DNA of 64,000 nt from the sequence record KJ019152.1, one strand, 5' to 3'. The translations under genes and the position numbers were made by a program. This document shows, piece after piece, positions 12,001 through 20,000 of the stretch. Within the stretch, counting starts at the first letter, position 1; each line of letters starts with the position of its first letter. Under the pieces are notes generated by a model. It worked only from the letters and a program-made list of their open reading frames with translations, was not told the DNA's origin and ran no database searches.

Positions 12001-12497
12001 TCAGTGGTATTGTTACTGGTATTCAGGCAACTACAGGTTCCTCTGGGGCAACCAAGGGTATCCGGGTATTCTACACAGTAGATTCCACAGTTGTTGCTTC
12101 TGAACTAAATGCAGGTTACTCAGTTGTTCTATCTAATACTGTTGTTGGTAATGGTGTTGAAACTATCGGAACTAACGCAGCAACCGTGGTTGGTTTGGGA
12201 ACACAGTTCCTAGATGCTGTTTATGAGATTAGGTCTAATGGTAACCTAGGAATAAATGGTGTATGGGAAGCAAATGTATCCAATGGAACTAACATATCTG
12301 GTATTGATATTTCTGGAGATAACCTCGGAAGTTTCAGCTGGGGTAGGTTATCCAATGTTCCAAGAGATATTGATTTGGCACTCTCATACAATGTAGATGG
12401 AACTACATACTCACCCAATATGGATAACTACCCAACTCTCAAGAGAAGTAGTGAAGGTCTCCGTAACGAAGGTGGTATCGCTAAGAGGGTTCTGTAG
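3..12497 (+). CDS. gp7: Baseplate wedge initiator gp7-like giant virion protein, 5'-truncated (at least 4164 aa)
   Basis: The frame of the 609..12497 ORF is open back to position 3 (SLTTLGSENL...RSFYQSKGSEESFKILFRVLYGED), so the GTG at 609 is not the start. It carries a gp7-type 'SKG..SF..LFRVLYG' motif and many GxGY beta repeats, and lies directly upstream of gp8. Confidence 0.85.
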   Translation, partial: SLTTLGSENLYTAFELTQDVSIDDTIIHVNTTSTFPNEWGLLKIDDEIVTYTGLTTNTFTGVVRGFSGISSYRDSDNPSELVFETTTAATHTTETNVENLSTLFLKNFYDKLKYTFAPGFENLEFNSEVSVGQWIRQARSFYQSKGSEESFKILFRVLYGEDPLVIDLEQFLIKPSQAEYSRRDYAVAIPVSGNPITLKGKTVYQSDAEDVFGAISEIETFTRDNKLYYRIYFFVSNDEIANERKLFTIPGRSRTQRGWNQGDTTITVDTTLGFRDNNEFITEDGTKFTYLERTVNQFLGVECSDTEKTLGTNEDIIDDITIFGINDDGETVSLRMTGVISDIEFPDEVPFTTPGEKISVDTLGENIISADVTRSEPTQRQIIANSFIYNTSVRMEVDELNGSDFQINTAYLDKAFISPGDSVDILQRGSQLVYVANRKVTSVDYLNSIITINDSFGIPLDQSLDIRRNQNYAKSSTTDIEYGQNSVLSNVLNLYDATEFDGNFYVATNSLPSYDMEVKVVESILTGVTTSNFEGYNSFTDQYSTIIFDSATSFITGDLISYRVISVERTGIPLITEGEYFVEVLSNPRKIKLYVSPSFIGSDNFVGFVYNDAVGAHAFTLEEQKDRRINTKNVFKKIPFTATKQNITIPRTPDVTPSGSPVAVLTNGVEVLSYKSPDKVFLGPLEEVVPVASGEGYSVIGPPNILITPPNIQVTDPTGIPTDGGVARVSPVISGRLKKIYIDPQDFDIEEVFSITVVGGNSRGATAKPQISKRTRSIPFDTRLDIYGGGINPNEETILFLTEHKLAKGDAIIYENNDTQSIGVNVAGGSNIYNGQTLSNGAVYFAEPLNNVTIKIYETLEDLNLGINTVGFTSSQTGFGVQDFTTIPRNQLTGALITDDGGEFVYRKMEFQPENIYPEYDELRYDGHGFSSGDLVEYGTFGSVVGGLSTEKQYYVDALDENIIKLSDAGIGGTSRFDYDRKDYVDFTNIGVGTQFIKYPDVTVNVVVSYASSITGIITATPIIRGGIIQTYVDTGGYYGSDILNFAKTPEVTVQTGEGARIKPVIVNGKVTTVQILSKGINYPPTPDLRVIDKSRKGAGALLRPVVIDGAIQSVVVISTGENYDPLNTDITVIDTARRCILVPRITPLTVNTFARFGFEGLSNNDYSVVAYDRKIREDVYGDLGASHSPIIGWANDGNPIYGGFGFDDPENSSSGFRAMRTSYELFPGEIYGRPPLTLYPAGSFVEDYKFTDNGDLDIYNGRYGRTPEYPNGVYAYFAGISTDTQSLAREPQFPYFIGPEFRDGLGIQDNTVSQDFDINNKDIFRNTFPYAVGNPIIGSEFLDQSYLEDTQDSIIQSINNGTVDNLTIVGAGVSYSVGDIVNFDDTFDYISVVVDQVDGPEVTQIQTLIKSYGKAETKVIKVDNTTVRVYVDPFHEYLDGDKVVISGLSTNTDQLNGTHEINFMREQMTMFAPIPPTLFETVSDIFVNTISDKVSVGSSITVGLGTLSEDMEVINIFPINKALRVKRPVGYGFTHPIGDAVNIAPNYFDIKKNVDSFPSEIDVEYYFNPHQTVAVGLETGVSVGLVYSIGTIDKNISVQTQRIYAPSHGFRTGEEITFEKNDTDTALVVTDGSTVYTLPGVGNTSNAYVVSLSKNYIGIRTVTDGPDLFFSTDGSDSPLYSIKTNRFAETALVDRIQAEVKTKTDHRLGNDDQIFTDVISSGKSGVGTNPNIKLEFDDSSQSLIVDPYFTQPSDIDTVNNLININNHGYTNGDIVLYQNYGSSIGGLTTHHKYYTIPFDRDKFYVAETFVDVRPGTKLPVNLTSVGIGSHKFSKVNPPLLITNNNDIEFDVSSPTLFGKTLEFFFDRTLTEIFDNNSIDNVFVVSGVSTEGYEDARKSIRYSDNNPDVFFYGITEGGYISTADTEVSRNNSIRYEASEYAIEGRVTVIDDSTFTYTLNTIPEKPLYTNPDTQLSYKTSSSTALGGVGRLNIIFSGNNFPALPEFEGIQTEYGQNATIRAESDDIGTLASFRIQNAGWDYSADNTLRPFGVIQPTIRFDNSDFVTEVTVLDGGNGYQNPPNAVLVDSVTREVVDNGSIILEVQSSTITDVIVEVAPSGLSKDLQELWTVNNSNGIPILLIGNIDNVAGVVTYTVQTPIEGYATPPFSVGDRVFVENILVDQDAPPSKLNSGDYGYQFLEVVAVTPTNPITIGIQYPEEAIGNLGYGVTFQQAFSGIVNEDIYPKFAVQQTTAVFLEGERLSIFDSFGNLDETDLVVEESNTSFFKVTGNYDLLVGDVLKGNNSGVILTVTEIDSSSCRYLVDSISRINTGWNDKTGFLNEETQNLPDNDYYQNLSYSIKSTINFEELINPVNRLVHPSGLKNFSDTKIESIGDIGVGSSESSESTVTIDFIGLTDIAETPLRVDRINVFDLGWDANVNNNRSNAIRLQSRTPNKRLTDYIEVRTNRVLMHDDISNEFIDSDNASSKSPYSEFNIITGEYTRGLVQARNPFTDQVQFTEIIVLSVDNSAFTLQKASISDNDLGYGIFEGRSLASSEYQMRFTPFNTDDFDIDLKLLSHKFIFSGESAEEIGYVNLAGNTLSTPDAASTQIYGASNSNNRAVVVHANITTIDGLLYYYEIYAFTDGTDVYYAPYGYSSDVLKGFNSELDGDFNATLQGGKLAIYFTNNTGGPVSITTKSIEFKQSFSGTSPYRFKKNNVPDTEERSIILDSVSTAGVSTQTTEVFRYDTTLFQSVRSIVHISGTDVGAIHQVMTINSDGSTYCEVYPFITEGDEVDSTSGIGTFGSSIDGTDMVLTFYPDAAIGSQALTLTSYNETFYRELDEVNYTFGRPLVYSESEENYYLERYIAPLGLRNNLLRFPLTYEGIPIYEKAFDPATTISINNGNLTLFNITEHFFSPAEELYYLPDTTLANNLKSPIEIQPVVDYRGITTSTMPDRVYAIKRDLNVFQLAPTASDALAGQAIVITGFGTGISHRLGMMKKLEKTIITIDGVIQSPITSALKTFNLDAPLGFDDEYAVLTGIGTIRVGDLFLIDEEYLKIDNVGLSTSQTGPISNTGTIPLIEISRGVVGSSATSHTSGSDLDLYRGSFNIVESDVVFTEAPAGRGEININESNLVQVNSSFQGRTFLQREYDQIALFDDISDLFNGSDYEFNITSAGSTIGEIENGSGVLTINDIYQTPTTDNNAGNNYFYSYGAQTGINTLTFTGITSTNGQRVESRFDINQNQIPRGGVIVSLGSTPGLGYAPLYGAKITPVVTGGVITDIVTTNRVGFTTDVLWADYDNETGDLVVSGIGSALTTQFNITDADYRNTSGVLIITSATSLISAGINPGDIMYLRGMDFSCTSGGAPATLTYPDQDPVYAVDRIVDEFRFSVNAGISTIPHTYVSGGTWQKYSPFQFGREQINPKQVYLNGLEFDCTNSPFITTNIFPDSFESASFVTRDDDAHFRLNVGIASFTHDYVGSGIFGQYIENNPGSGYIDRVSIAVTDPNHSGTPAEIVGIPTAGGELSFTIIGGGSGYNQPTTDTFAPDPAYFNLPVIGVSRRNVGFTTITGKNLFVTVEVSAATTTAIGRSEFFEVSGYQITNQGYGFEEGDVIEVVGIPTDKNLSQPIEPFQLTVLDTFTDNFSAWNFGETDYIDSIKTLQDGSRLNFPLSYKGEELSFESNPSNEDSAAIDLDAILLIYVNTVLQVPGVSYEFTGGNTFTFSQPPFPQDDVDIYFYRGKRNIDSTVITEIDESIRPGDQLQLVKNNKYNDNVFIDLTRTQDLRTVTEIASSDTVRTNIYFGNKDLDTLRERQVGWEKQKRDIFIYGEPAPKTRDSLEPVIVPTAAIIRDTSKSQTELFVSNSEIFVYEEDVPGSSIVLTNISGEIYRPVEYKYNPPVLFEPASIRANVDGNGKVTSLTILDAGQGYPTGTEITIGISSTGDRAEVGTTILNPIDGSIISVILSKSGSGYNQSNPPFVLISEPQVDIEPLELIPNIQGFSGIVTGIQATTGSSGATKGIRVFYTVDSTVVASELNAGYSVVLSNTVVGNGVETIGTNAATVVGLGTQFLDAVYEIRSNGNLGINGVWEANVSNGTNISGIDISGDNLGSFSWGRLSNVPRDIDLALSYNVDGTTYSPNMDNYPTLKRSSEGLRNEGGIAKRVL

Positions 12498-12502
12498 GGT
12501 GT

Positions 12503-12510
12503 TATAAATA
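12503..12510 (+). promoter_or_regulatory. T4-type late promoter TATAAATA
   Basis: Exact gp55 consensus in the intergenic gap 36 nt before the gp8 start. Confidence 0.85.
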
Positions 12511-12546
12511 GGGTTTAGGTACTGTATCCTAAATCCTGTATATACA

Positions 12547-14091
12547 ATGGCTGCTTTAATCACAGATGATTTTAGGCTGTTTAACGCCGACAACTTCATC
12601 GAATCTGTAACTGATCCGAATAACTCATATTATATCTTTGTAGGTCTTCCCAACCCGGTTGGTGGAGGCTATGGTAGATCCCTTAATTGGAATAATGATC
12701 CACCACAACCCATCGATAACTTCGCATACCTCCGTCATTGTTATGACACTATGATGTATGGACGAAGAATCACGCCTGGAAATGTCAAGAGGGTGATTCG
12801 TCGTATCAACTGGGTCAAGGGGACCAGATACGATCAGTATCGAGATGACTATAGTGTGAATAACGTTTCACCTAATACTGGTTCCACCAGACTATACGAT
12901 GCCAACTATTACATTATTAATAGTGAGTTTAAAGTATATACTTGTTTGAGTAATGGTTCTAACGGCAATAACCCTAAGGGTGCTGGATCTGAGGATGAAC
13001 CTAACTTTGTAGACACTGAACCGTCCGCAGCAGGTTCCAGTGGTGATGGATACATATGGAAGTATTTGTTTACAGTATCTCCTTCCGACGTTATCAAGTT
13101 CGATAGTACCGACTACATCACTGTACCCAATGACTGGGGTACAACTGATAACTCACAGATTGTTGCCATTAGAGAAAGTGGAGACTCCCTCATCAATGAT
13201 AGTCAACTAAAACAAGTTTATGTTGATATCCAAGGTGTTGGATATGCTGGAGGTATAGGTCAGGAGTTACCTATTATTGGTGATGGTGAAGGTGCTAGAG
13301 CCATTGTTGATGTCAACTCTGGACGTGTTACTAACGCTATTATTGCCAAGGGTGGTAAGAACTATAGTTGGGGTTTGGTTGATCTTGGTACTATCAATCA
13401 GAGTGCTACAACAGCAGCCAAACTAGATGTTATCATCCCACCCTCAAGAGGACATGGTTATGATATCTACCAAGAACTAGGTACCGACAGGGTTCTAGTA
13501 TATGCTAGATTTGATGACTCTACTCAAGACTTCCCTATTGATACTAAGTTTGCTCAGATTGGTTTAGTTAGAAACCCAACAGTTAATGGATCTAACCAGA
13601 TCTTCACTGAGAACACATTCACTTCCTGTGAATCACTCAAGATGTTATCTTTCAGTGGTGGTGTAGAAGTTGGTGATATTATCAATCAAGATACTACAGA
13701 AGGTACCGCTAGAGGATATGTTGTTTCCTTTGATGAGGAAACAAAGGTTATGAAGTATATCCAGGATAGGTCACTATACTATAACCCCAATACATATGAT
13801 AATACTGACTATGTTGGTATTACTACTAGTGGAAAGAAGATATCCTTTGAGTCTAATCTAAACCCAGTTATTACTAACGACGGTTTCCTATCTACTATTG
13901 ATACAACCTTTAATGGATCTACCGAAACAGTGGGTGCCAAATCAGTAGAACTCGGTGTAGAATTCACAAATGGGGTTGCAGTATCGGAGATAAATACTCA
14001 GAGTGGTGAGATACTTTACTTGGATAACAGACCAGTAGTACCCAGGAATCCACGACAAAAAGAAGACGTTAAGATCATCTTGGAATTCTAA
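12547..14091 (+). CDS. gp8: Baseplate wedge subunit gp8
   Basis: N-terminus MAALITDDFRLFNA, RRINW, DGYIWKYLF and C-terminal EDVKIILEF are typical of gp8; synteny. Confidence 0.92.
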   Translation: MAALITDDFRLFNADNFIESVTDPNNSYYIFVGLPNPVGGGYGRSLNWNNDPPQPIDNFAYLRHCYDTMMYGRRITPGNVKRVIRRINWVKGTRYDQYRDDYSVNNVSPNTGSTRLYDANYYIINSEFKVYTCLSNGSNGNNPKGAGSEDEPNFVDTEPSAAGSSGDGYIWKYLFTVSPSDVIKFDSTDYITVPNDWGTTDNSQIVAIRESGDSLINDSQLKQVYVDIQGVGYAGGIGQELPIIGDGEGARAIVDVNSGRVTNAIIAKGGKNYSWGLVDLGTINQSATTAAKLDVIIPPSRGHGYDIYQELGTDRVLVYARFDDSTQDFPIDTKFAQIGLVRNPTVNGSNQIFTENTFTSCESLKMLSFSGGVEVGDIINQDTTEGTARGYVVSFDEETKVMKYIQDRSLYYNPNTYDNTDYVGITTSGKKISFESNLNPVITNDGFLSTIDTTFNGSTETVGAKSVELGVEFTNGVAVSEINTQSGEILYLDNRPVVPRNPRQKEDVKIILEF

Positions 14092-14094
14092 TCA

Positions 14095-17000
14095 ATGTCT
14101 CAGATTAACCTAGATACCAGCCCATACTTTGACGACTTCGATCCGTCAAAGGACTACTATAAAGTACTCTTCAAGCCAGGATTCCCGGTTCAAGCAAGAG
14201 AACTTACCACTCTGCAATCAATTTTACAGAACCAGGTAAGTAACTTTGGAAAGCACCTCTTCAAAGAGGGATCCATGGTTATCCCTGGTAGTATAACTTA
14301 TAATGCAAAGTATGAGTCTATTGTCATAAACAAACAACAGGGGGGTATCGACGTTTCTCTATATGCTTCTCGACTAGTTGGTAAAACTATTCAGGGTAAA
14401 ACTAGCGGAGTTACCGCTAAGGTTATTAACTTCCTACTACCACCAAATAACGGAGTAACAAGCCCAACAATCTTTGTTTCATATATCAATAGTGGTTCGG
14501 ATGCGGCAACAACTGTTTTCGACAATAACGAGGAGTTAATTTCCACTTCCGACATTGTATATGGTAATACTACAATTACTGCCGGGACTACATTTGCTAG
14601 TACTATTTCAACTCTATCCACAGCGGTAGGTTCTGCTGCCCAGATCAGAGATGGTATCTACTTCATTCGGGGTTTCTTTGCTCAGGTTCGTGAAAGTGTA
14701 GTAATCTTAGAACCTTTTAGTAATACTCCTTCATATAGAGTTGGTCTACAGATCACTGAACAGGTTATTACTGCTGGTCAGGACAACTCACTATATGATA
14801 ACGCCAAGGGGTTCAATAACTTCTCAGCACCAGGTGCGGATAGACTAAAAATATCCACCAAACTTATTAAGAAACCACTAGACGATTATAATGATACTAA
14901 CTTTGTAGAGTTATTACGTGTTGATAACGGTGAAGTTAAGAAAATTGCGGAGAATAGTGACTATAATATCATTAAGGACTACCTAGCACAAAGAACCTAT
15001 GAGGAGTCTGGTGACTATACCCTGTTTGGTATGGGTATTAAAGTTGCAGAGTCATTAAGTGATAACTTAGGTAACGGTGGTGTATATCAGTTTGATCAGA
15101 AAACAGAGCAAGGGGGAACACCCACTGACGATCTAGCGGTAGTTAAAGTATCTGCTGGTAAGGCATATGTTCGAGGTTATGACATCAATAATCCTGGAAC
15201 TGTTAACCTAGACATCAACAAACCCAGAACAACAGAGAACGTCGAAGCAAGTTCCGTTCCCTTTGAGATGGGAAGTAAGTTCTTCATCAATAACGTTACA
15301 GGAACTCCTGTTATTGGTCTAGACGTTAATGATAATATCGTCGAACTATACAATGGTCGTGTAGATGGTGCAGGGTCCTCCACAGGAGACCTTATTGGTG
15401 AGTCTCGTGTATATTCCTATTCCCTAGAAGACGCACCCTATACAGGTCCTTCTACACCTTGGAACCTATATCTATATGATACTCAGATCTTTACCAAACT
15501 AACTCTAAATGTAGATGCAACTGGTAATATCCTAACTTCATATAAGGTGAGGGGTCTCAGTAGTAACGCTACTGGTTATGTTCGTTCTGTTAGTACCACA
15601 GAAGTAGTTCTAACTCAGGTATCTGGTGAATTTATCAGAAACGAAGCTATTTCTGTTAATGGAAAGATATCCAGTTCACTTAGTGTATCTTTAGTTGATA
15701 GTTACAGGAATAACGATGTTAGATCCATTAGCCAGGCAAGTTCCTCACTAGATCCAAACATTGAAGTTGACTTTAGTGCAGATACTCTCCAATACTCTGC
15801 TATTCCAACTGGTTTCACAGCTTCAGATTCAGTTACAATCACTACTGGTGGTGTTGTTACTTGTCCTGGTAGAATATTTGATGCTTTCCGAGTTGGTGAT
15901 GTTATTGGATATCAGAAAGCTGGATCAGAAGTAATTACATACAATCAAGTATTATCACTCAACGCCACTAACACCAGTATTACTGTTGATGCAGTTGCAA
16001 ATGTTGCTGGTGTTTGTGATGGAACTTTACCTTCATCCGAAACTAGATCTGGTATTAGGTTATACAACTCTAGACTCCTTAACCAAGAGATTTCTCAGTT
16101 ATATGCAACTTTAGAAGAGAGGAATATTTCCAGTGTTGATTTGGCATCATCGTCATTAACCTTCGCCAAACAGATCAACAACTTATCTACAGATGCTAGT
16201 GGTGTTCTAACTGTAAATGTATCCGACCTAGATGTTTCTGGTGCGGTATTTGAAGCCTTTGATCAAGAGAGATATAGTATTCATTATTCCAATGGAACTA
16301 CACAATCTCTTAGTTCTAGTCAGGTAACTATTACATCCTCAACAGCAGAATTTACAAACTTACTCCCAAGTCAGACAACCAACGTAACACTCAATTGTAC
16401 TGCTATCAAGACTGGTATTAAGTCTAAGACTAAAGTTCTACTTAGGTCTCAACTATTAGAAGTTACCAAGGCAAGCAGTGGTATTTCTACTGTGGCTCAG
16501 GGTTTGGGACAAAATGACTACTATGGTTTAAGGGTTGATGATGAAGAGATCTCACTAAATGTATCAGATGTAACTAATATTGTTGCTGTATATGAGTCAT
16601 TGGATGATGGTACCCCAACGTTTGATGTTCTAGGTTTTGTCAATGGTTTAGAACTAGACACTAGAGTTGCAGTTGGAGAACAGATCAAGGGTGATGTATC
16701 TGGTGCTATTGCTCGGGTTGTTACAGTTGCAACACCTGCTTCAGTCAATATTGTATACCTAACTGAATCAACTTTTGAAGTTGGTGAATTAGTTACGTTT
16801 ATGGAATCCAAGATTGAAACTAATCTTCAATCTATTACAGAAGGTAACTACAGTAACATTACAAACAGATTTACACTTGATAAAGGACAACGTGAACAGT
16901 TCTATGACTATTCTCGTCTAGTCAGGAATAAGAATGCTAAAGCACCTAACAAGAGAATACTAATCATCTATGATAGATTCGCTGTTCCAGTGAATGACAA

Positions 17001-20000
17001 AGGTGATTTCTACACTGCCAATAGTTACTCCGAAGAAGACTTCAGTAAAGGTGTTCCTATGTTGGCTGGTGGAACTCTCCGTGCCTCGGACACCCTAGAT
17101 TTTAGACCCAGAGTCGCCGCCTTTACCTCACTCAACTCCTCACCATTTAACTACACTTCTCGTGACTTTGGTGACAATGGTAATACTGTTATCCTAGTTA
17201 CCAAACCAAGTGAAAGTATGGTTCTAGGTTATAGTTACTTTGTTGGAAGAAGGGATCGTATTGTACTAGGATCTAATGGAAAATTCAGTGTAATTGAAGG
17301 TACACCCGCTGAGTTCCCAACATTACCCACAATTGGTGATGGTGTAATGGAACTCGCCCAAATAACTTATCCACCATACCTATACTACATCGAAGACGTT
17401 CAAATTATCGAGGTTGATAATAGACGATATACGATGAGAGATATTGGTAAGTTGGAAGATCGTATTGAGAACTTAGAAGAAGTTACGTCACTTTCACTAC
17501 TAGAAAGGGAAACAGAATCACTACAAGTTTTGGATGAAGATGGTAACGACAGATTTAAATCTGGTTTCTTTGCCGATGATTTCACGAATGCAGAATTTAT
17601 TGATAATGATTATGAAGATACCAACATTGATGTTGAACCTGCAACTTCTTCCCTAGTCACTAGACAGTTATTTTCCACCATTCCATTAAGAGCTCAACTA
17701 TCAGAAAGTATTGATGAGAACATAGTTGATTTGAGTGATAACTTACCTCTAGTAGATACTAATCTACAAAAGACTGGTGATATAGTTACCCTATCATATG
17801 TTGAAGTTCCTTGGATTACACAACCACTATCTTCGAGAACAGAAAATGTTAACCCATTCAATGTTATTCTATTCAATGGTAGTATTACATTAAACCCAGC
17901 TTCTGATGATTTTGTTATTACTAGACAGATTCCAGGCAATACTCAAACTATTGATGTATTTGGTGATGGAAACAGTTCTAATTTCGATCAGACGTTTGTT
18001 GAGAGTGTAGAAACTGCTCAGTGGATGAGATCACGTAACATTGCTTTCCACGGTCGTGGAATCAAACCCTTCACTCAGTTCTATGCGTTCTTTGACGGAA
18101 CTTCTGGTATTGATATTATCCCCAAACTTATTGAAATCACCATGACTAACGGTGCTTTCTCCGTTGGGGAGAGGGTTGTTGGTACTACTGGAGGTAGAAG
18201 AATCTTTGCAGCTAGAGTAGCTACACCTAATCATAAGGAAGGTACTTTCAATAGTCCAGATAGAACTTTTGAGACAAATCCATATAATAGGGACGCTCAG
18301 TTGGCGTCTTCATACTCAGCCTCGTCTACAGTTCTCAATATTGATACCAACTCACTAGCAGATATCACTGACTCACGTTTCTTTGGTTATATCACACCAG
18401 GAACTAGATTAGTTGGTCAGTCTAGTGGAGCTATTGCTGATGTTACAGAAGTAAAATTAATCGCTGATACATTTGCTGAACTATATGGTGCTATTTGGTT
18501 GAGGGATCCATACGCATCCCCAACACCATCATTCAGACTTGCTACCGGTGTTCGTACACTAAAACTAACCTCTAGTACAACTAACGCACAATCTACACTT
18601 GGTGGAACAACGATCTCCTTTGCAGAGTCTAACTTCCAATCTAGTGGTTTGGTTCAGAACAGGCAGACTGATACTACTGTGGTAACAGTTAGACCCCTAC
18701 CACCACCACCCCCACCAATTATTATTGACCAAACAGTTACTATTGTCAATAACAATACGACAGTTATCGATAATACTGTTACTCAAAATATCGATAATAC
18801 TCAAACTATTATCCGAGAAGTGGAAGTTGACGATGACGACCCATTGGCACAGACCTTTATGGTTGATGAGACCGGTGCGTTCCTAACCAGTATTGATCTG
18901 TTTATGGCTACTAAGTCTGAAACAGATAACTTAATTGTTCAGGTTAGAACTACTGAGTTGGCAACTCCAACCAACCTTCTTATTCAAGATTTTGCTGAGG
19001 TTGTTCTATCACCTGATCAAGTTAATGTATCAGAAGATGGGACTGCGGTAACTAAAGTTACTTTCCCCTCTCCCATATATCTTGAGTCAGGTATAACATA
19101 TGCCGTTGTACTACTTGCCCCAACTACTGACGAATACACTTCGTTTATTGCTGTTATGGGTGAGGAAAATATCTCTGGTGAGATTGATCCTAACTTAGAT
19201 CTAAACGCAACACTACCTGAAGGTTCTACTCAGAGTAACTCCAATCTCCCAGGAACTGCTATTATTTCTCAGCAGTATCTAGGAGGATCACTCTTTAAGT
19301 CTCAGAATGGTACTATCTGGACACCAACTCAGTTTGAGGATCTTAAGTTCACTCTCAACAAAGCACAGTTTAACCAGACTCCAGGAACTCTATTCCTCAA
19401 CAATCCACCACTAACTGAGACCGGAATTCTACCACCTGATCCAATTGAAACACTACCTAGAAAACTCAAGGTATCTGTAAGTTCTAATACTTACAACTTC
19501 AGTGAAGGTGATATCATTTCTTCTGTTGGTTCAGGTGCTACCAATACCGCGTTGGTAACTGGTGACCTAGAGACCCTAGGTGGTCCACTAGCAACACTCG
19601 ATGTAACTGACCCTGGTGTTGGTTTCATTGATGGTTCCTACAGTAGTGTAACTGTATATCCAATTACCAGTTCTGGTTCAGGTGCTGAACTCAATGTTAC
19701 CATTTCTGGTAATGTAATTACAGCAGCAACAGTAACTACTGGTGGTTCTGGTTATAGAGTTGGAGATACCATTGGTATTACAACCGCTGATGTTGGTGCC
19801 GCTGGTGGTGACTCTGTATTGACTCTCGATACCATTGGTGATACAGATACACTATTCCTCACTAACGTACAAGGTGAGAAGATGGTTATAACAGAGAGTA
19901 TTAAGGTATACGATACTGTTACTGAATCCCTAAGGACAACTGGTGTAGATATTACAACAGAATCTGAAGTTCTCAATCCAATGTATAATGGTAGTATCTT

